Part shown: positions 62,401 to 64,000 of the stretch, piece after piece
How the letters are laid out: every line of letters starts with the position of its first letter
How positions within the stretch are numbered: position 1 is the first letter of the stretch
Virus record (IMG/VR): IMGVR_UViG_3300012954_000006
From: an uncultured virus (IMG/VR IMGVR_UViG_3300012954_000006)
Lineage: Duplodnaviria; Heunggongvirae; Uroviricota; Caudoviricetes
Strand: one strand, 5' to 3'
DNA: 64,000 nucleotides
The notes under the pieces: generated by a model
Told to the model about the DNA's origin: nothing
Seen by the model: the letters and a program-made list of their open reading frames with translations, nothing else
Database searches by the model: none
Position numbers and translations under genes: made by a program

Positions 62401-64000
62401 GGGCGATATTGTACCTCAAAGTTTTGCGAGATGCTTTGGGCGTTAAAACGTAAATTAACCCCCCCTTGTCTATCAGCCGTGGCGACTGTATCGCTAGGAC
62501 TTTGGCACGCACATTGTTTAACAATAGTGAAATTCTTTTTTTTGACACAGCCCCCACTCTCAACAGTTACAGTATATACATTCGGAGACAACTCTAAGCC
62601 TACAATAGCAGGAGCGGGGTCAGTAGGTGTGCTACTAACAGCAGCCATAATGATGTTAAAGTCCGTGCTAGTGACAGTAATGCTATACCCCCCTACATTG
62701 CCTACAATATCAGTTATATTAGCTGTACCTACCTTAGCATCGCAAGGAGCGTTAGTTGTAGCAATTGAAAAATCTAAATCTGCACACGCATCGCCACAAT
62801 CAAAACATATCTTGCGATATGCTACTCGCACCTCATCATCACAGCCTTTTAACACTTGCACTACATACAAACACTCATTGATAATGTCGCTATACAATAT
62901 ATCAAAAGGAGCTAAAGGCGTAACAGGTGTGACTAGTTGTGGAAATATCTGTAATTCAAATTCTTCAAATGAATCGGTGTTTGCTCCATACCCTACAAAA
63001 AAATTGTTGCCTGTAATTTGCGAGCCTCCTAAACTATTATCTATAATAGTAAAACTTTGCCCCACAACGCCTGCACTTTGGTCTATACACGAGATAGCAA
63101 GATTAATAACCGCATCCTGTGCTGGCACATTAACAACTTGCGATAGTTCCCTAATAATACAATGCCCATTGTACTCAAAACTGACTTTCACAACCACCGT
63201 TACCGATTCTGCATAATCCAAGTTCATGATACTGTTGTTAGCTAAGACAGTATGATTGTCATTAAGGTGGTGTTGGATGAGTATATTGGTGCCGCCAAGT
63301 AATAATATTTCAGAAACAATACTAGCAATAGAAGTAGCTAGTGACCATGTTCTATTGACGGTATCTAAGACGACCTGCCCAAACACAACAGTCTGTGAAA
63401 AATCAGCACAATAATCAGGTTCTTCAATAGATGCAGCCGTTAAATTAAAGCCTGCTTTAATTAAGCAAGTTCCAAAATTGAGTGGTTTAATAGTAATCAA
63501 CTCGCAATTGTCAGGCAAGGTAACCACTAATCTCACAAAGCCATTGAAGGTAGAGTACTGCCCAGTAAACAGGGTGGCTTGTGAATTATTACCACCAAAA
63601 GACTGCCACGGCGATGTTAAAGAGGTCGTATAACTCCATTCGTATGTTAAAGTAGGTAGGAACTCATTACTAAAATTGGTTTGGAATATTAATGCTCGAG
63701 AGGGTTCGCTTGGCTCAAAGTCATTCAAAAAACACTGCATGGTAAAATCCAAAGGATTGCCTAATATATTGGTCTTGACGAAATACTCTATATAATCAAT
63801 AGTATTGCTACATGGATTATCACTAGGCAGTAAAGGAGCAAAAACATTATCCTCTTGTATATAGGCATTATAACCTACTACGGAACTCTCTAGTAGCTCA
63901 AACTCACTTAAAACAAGATTGTTGTATATTGTACCATCTTGCAGCACCAAGTTGGCACACCAACTACCTGTTAGTGTTGTTCCTTTAGGCACACAGAGAA
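59415..64000 (-). CDS. very large Cys-rich protein with SprB-like repeats, FN3-like domain and vWA domain (putative tail fibre/adhesin), 5' end outside window
   Basis: >1525 aa, open to window edge; FN3-like FEVQYR..W..Y.IRVRSVC..YSDW; vWA MDRTGS, GSTYANTAI, IFISDG; SprB-like GQLPYEY..LPAGSYTVTIIDSNNC. Confidence 0.75.
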   Translation of the reverse strand, partial: LCVPKGTTLTGSWCANLVLQDGTIYNNLVLSEFELLESSVVGYNAYIQEDNVFAPLLPSDNPCSNTIDYIEYFVKTNILGNPLDFTMQCFLNDFEPSEPSRALIFQTNFSNEFLPTLTYEWSYTTSLTSPWQSFGGNNSQATLFTGQYSTFNGFVRLVVTLPDNCELITIKPLNFGTCLIKAGFNLTAASIEEPDYCADFSQTVVFGQVVLDTVNRTWSLATSIASIVSEILLLGGTNILIQHHLNDNHTVLANNSIMNLDYAESVTVVVKVSFEYNGHCIIRELSQVVNVPAQDAVINLAISCIDQSAGVVGQSFTIIDNSLGGSQITGNNFFVGYGANTDSFEEFELQIFPQLVTPVTPLAPFDILYSDIINECLYVVQVLKGCDDEVRVAYRKICFDCGDACADLDFSIATTNAPCDAKVGTANITDIVGNVGGYSITVTSTDFNIIMAAVSSTPTDPAPAIVGLELSPNVYTVTVESGGCVKKKNFTIVKQCACQSPSDTVATADRQGGVNLRFNAQSISQNFEVQYRPAAGNALSWQDYLTPTINIGDNDEVDLYIDPNILLGCTVYVIRVRSVCGIDSDGNILYSDWKTSAPVDVFCCDPCEPSDCEPCSEECENDYELVLVEQNCVGDIADVVAHVLCDGQLYTGGDVSYQIITALGEVITDFTGNGIIHFTLNSNQLPATLVVTNMSGINPNCYSTIGTISLTPCSFLPDCIDPQIYSNVTVVREIPPVITKKVCITVTDGTLPMNYTFGITKPTGCDVSVGLVSGVDSTDLTGTITQYGTICRAFQYDQNVCSGLLFINFNIQSVVGGCSTDLDIPLEDDTPQDPPNEIGCLSIPLYHQLSSSYSLRMTLPDGNYWLDFSFLGGAAARVTIFRSGAVILARSPYIGIAETGNSCSNMQDTEGFWSNINSKASAIDPYEYSVADLGMVATLTTFADFWSIYYTYTGDVSDGYNNSLSQTDIMRGSGRLYFSHQASDGDLIVLVTLKDGSCPVQMYMNLKCLGCCEEAMTVTPTSPNCFTATASDGAIYFNENYDVDVNGTEMCLTDCHVSQDVMIVMDRTGSVSTIRNNIKGAVSQLIQLVRVDETANNIGLISFASTPTLEAPLGSTESDLLTPLDTMVFGGSTYANTAIEMATAQLTGGTATEKIMIFISDGRMSGGGTNAWTQEIDAFQQAHNAGIRIITLQYNQGFSLADNFMSVQSAWLDGNDGTGNKPNDYYAVADENIQDLVVNLLAYSNVVNHFTHVCCDAELIQLVYCNNECTLDLTVELRDCKILVVTTTGQLPYEYQITDANGVVTNGTLTAPTSEIDVSELPAGSYTVTIIDSNNCAQSYPFELDGCCCDDPIDIEICPEVCTPEIEVTNCDDIPMISVENCACNLIEKLAINETVDAGGTNFTVNILDLGSNMYRIAMQTSSSLFTNFTSIPSWLDCGGNGFIEVMFTPVVGLPVTIKFYSSQISNVVVGNTQIVWDADFSAVSGNEVCASEVNGALSDNETIVMSNVGVSGLLSVEFVACFEYVN

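Noticed and set aside
62431..63216. 261-aa plus-strand ORF and the other short plus-strand ORFs
   Set aside because: Antisense shadows of well-supported minus-strand genes with no recognisable motifs
1..64000. Genome-wide stop-codon reassignment (TAG or TGA)
   Set aside because: Coding density is already high under the standard code; TAG and TGA terminate many genes right before the next start; long genes have no internal stops

Overview
AT-rich (roughly 30% GC by eye), gene-dense window in which essentially every credible gene is on the minus strand. It reads as part of a large (probably jumbo) lytic phage of a Bacteroidota host. Evidence: about 15 intergenic TAnnTTTG boxes (Bacteroidota primary-sigma -7 element), A-rich leaders without Shine-Dalgarno motifs, several WG-repeat genes, SprB-like repeat proteins and an nrdB-nrdA class Ia pair. 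Recognisable products are a type III restriction Res-like SF2 helicase (missed by the ORF track), a DUF4942-type adenine methyltransferase, an ImmA/IrrE-like peptidase, a HAD phosphatase, an RNA ligase, NrdA/NrdB and two Cys-rich vWA/SprB-repeat proteins. Most other genes are small hypotheticals arranged in terminator+promoter cassettes. Two things stand out. (i) A dispersed set of orphan, often catalytically eroded homologues of bacterial defence-island proteins (AriA-like ABC ATPase, Walker-less AAA_21 protein, Glu-less TIR domain, REC-less response-regulator-like pair, Res helicase), possibly a decoy/anti-defence repertoire. (ii) Three families of non-coding palindromic elements (a 4-copy ~70-bp element, 2 nested perfect palindromes, 3 IS200-end-like hairpins) plus an 18-bp tandem array. 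No tRNA, rRNA, CRISPR array or intact transposase was seen. All family assignments come from motif recognition, not database searches.
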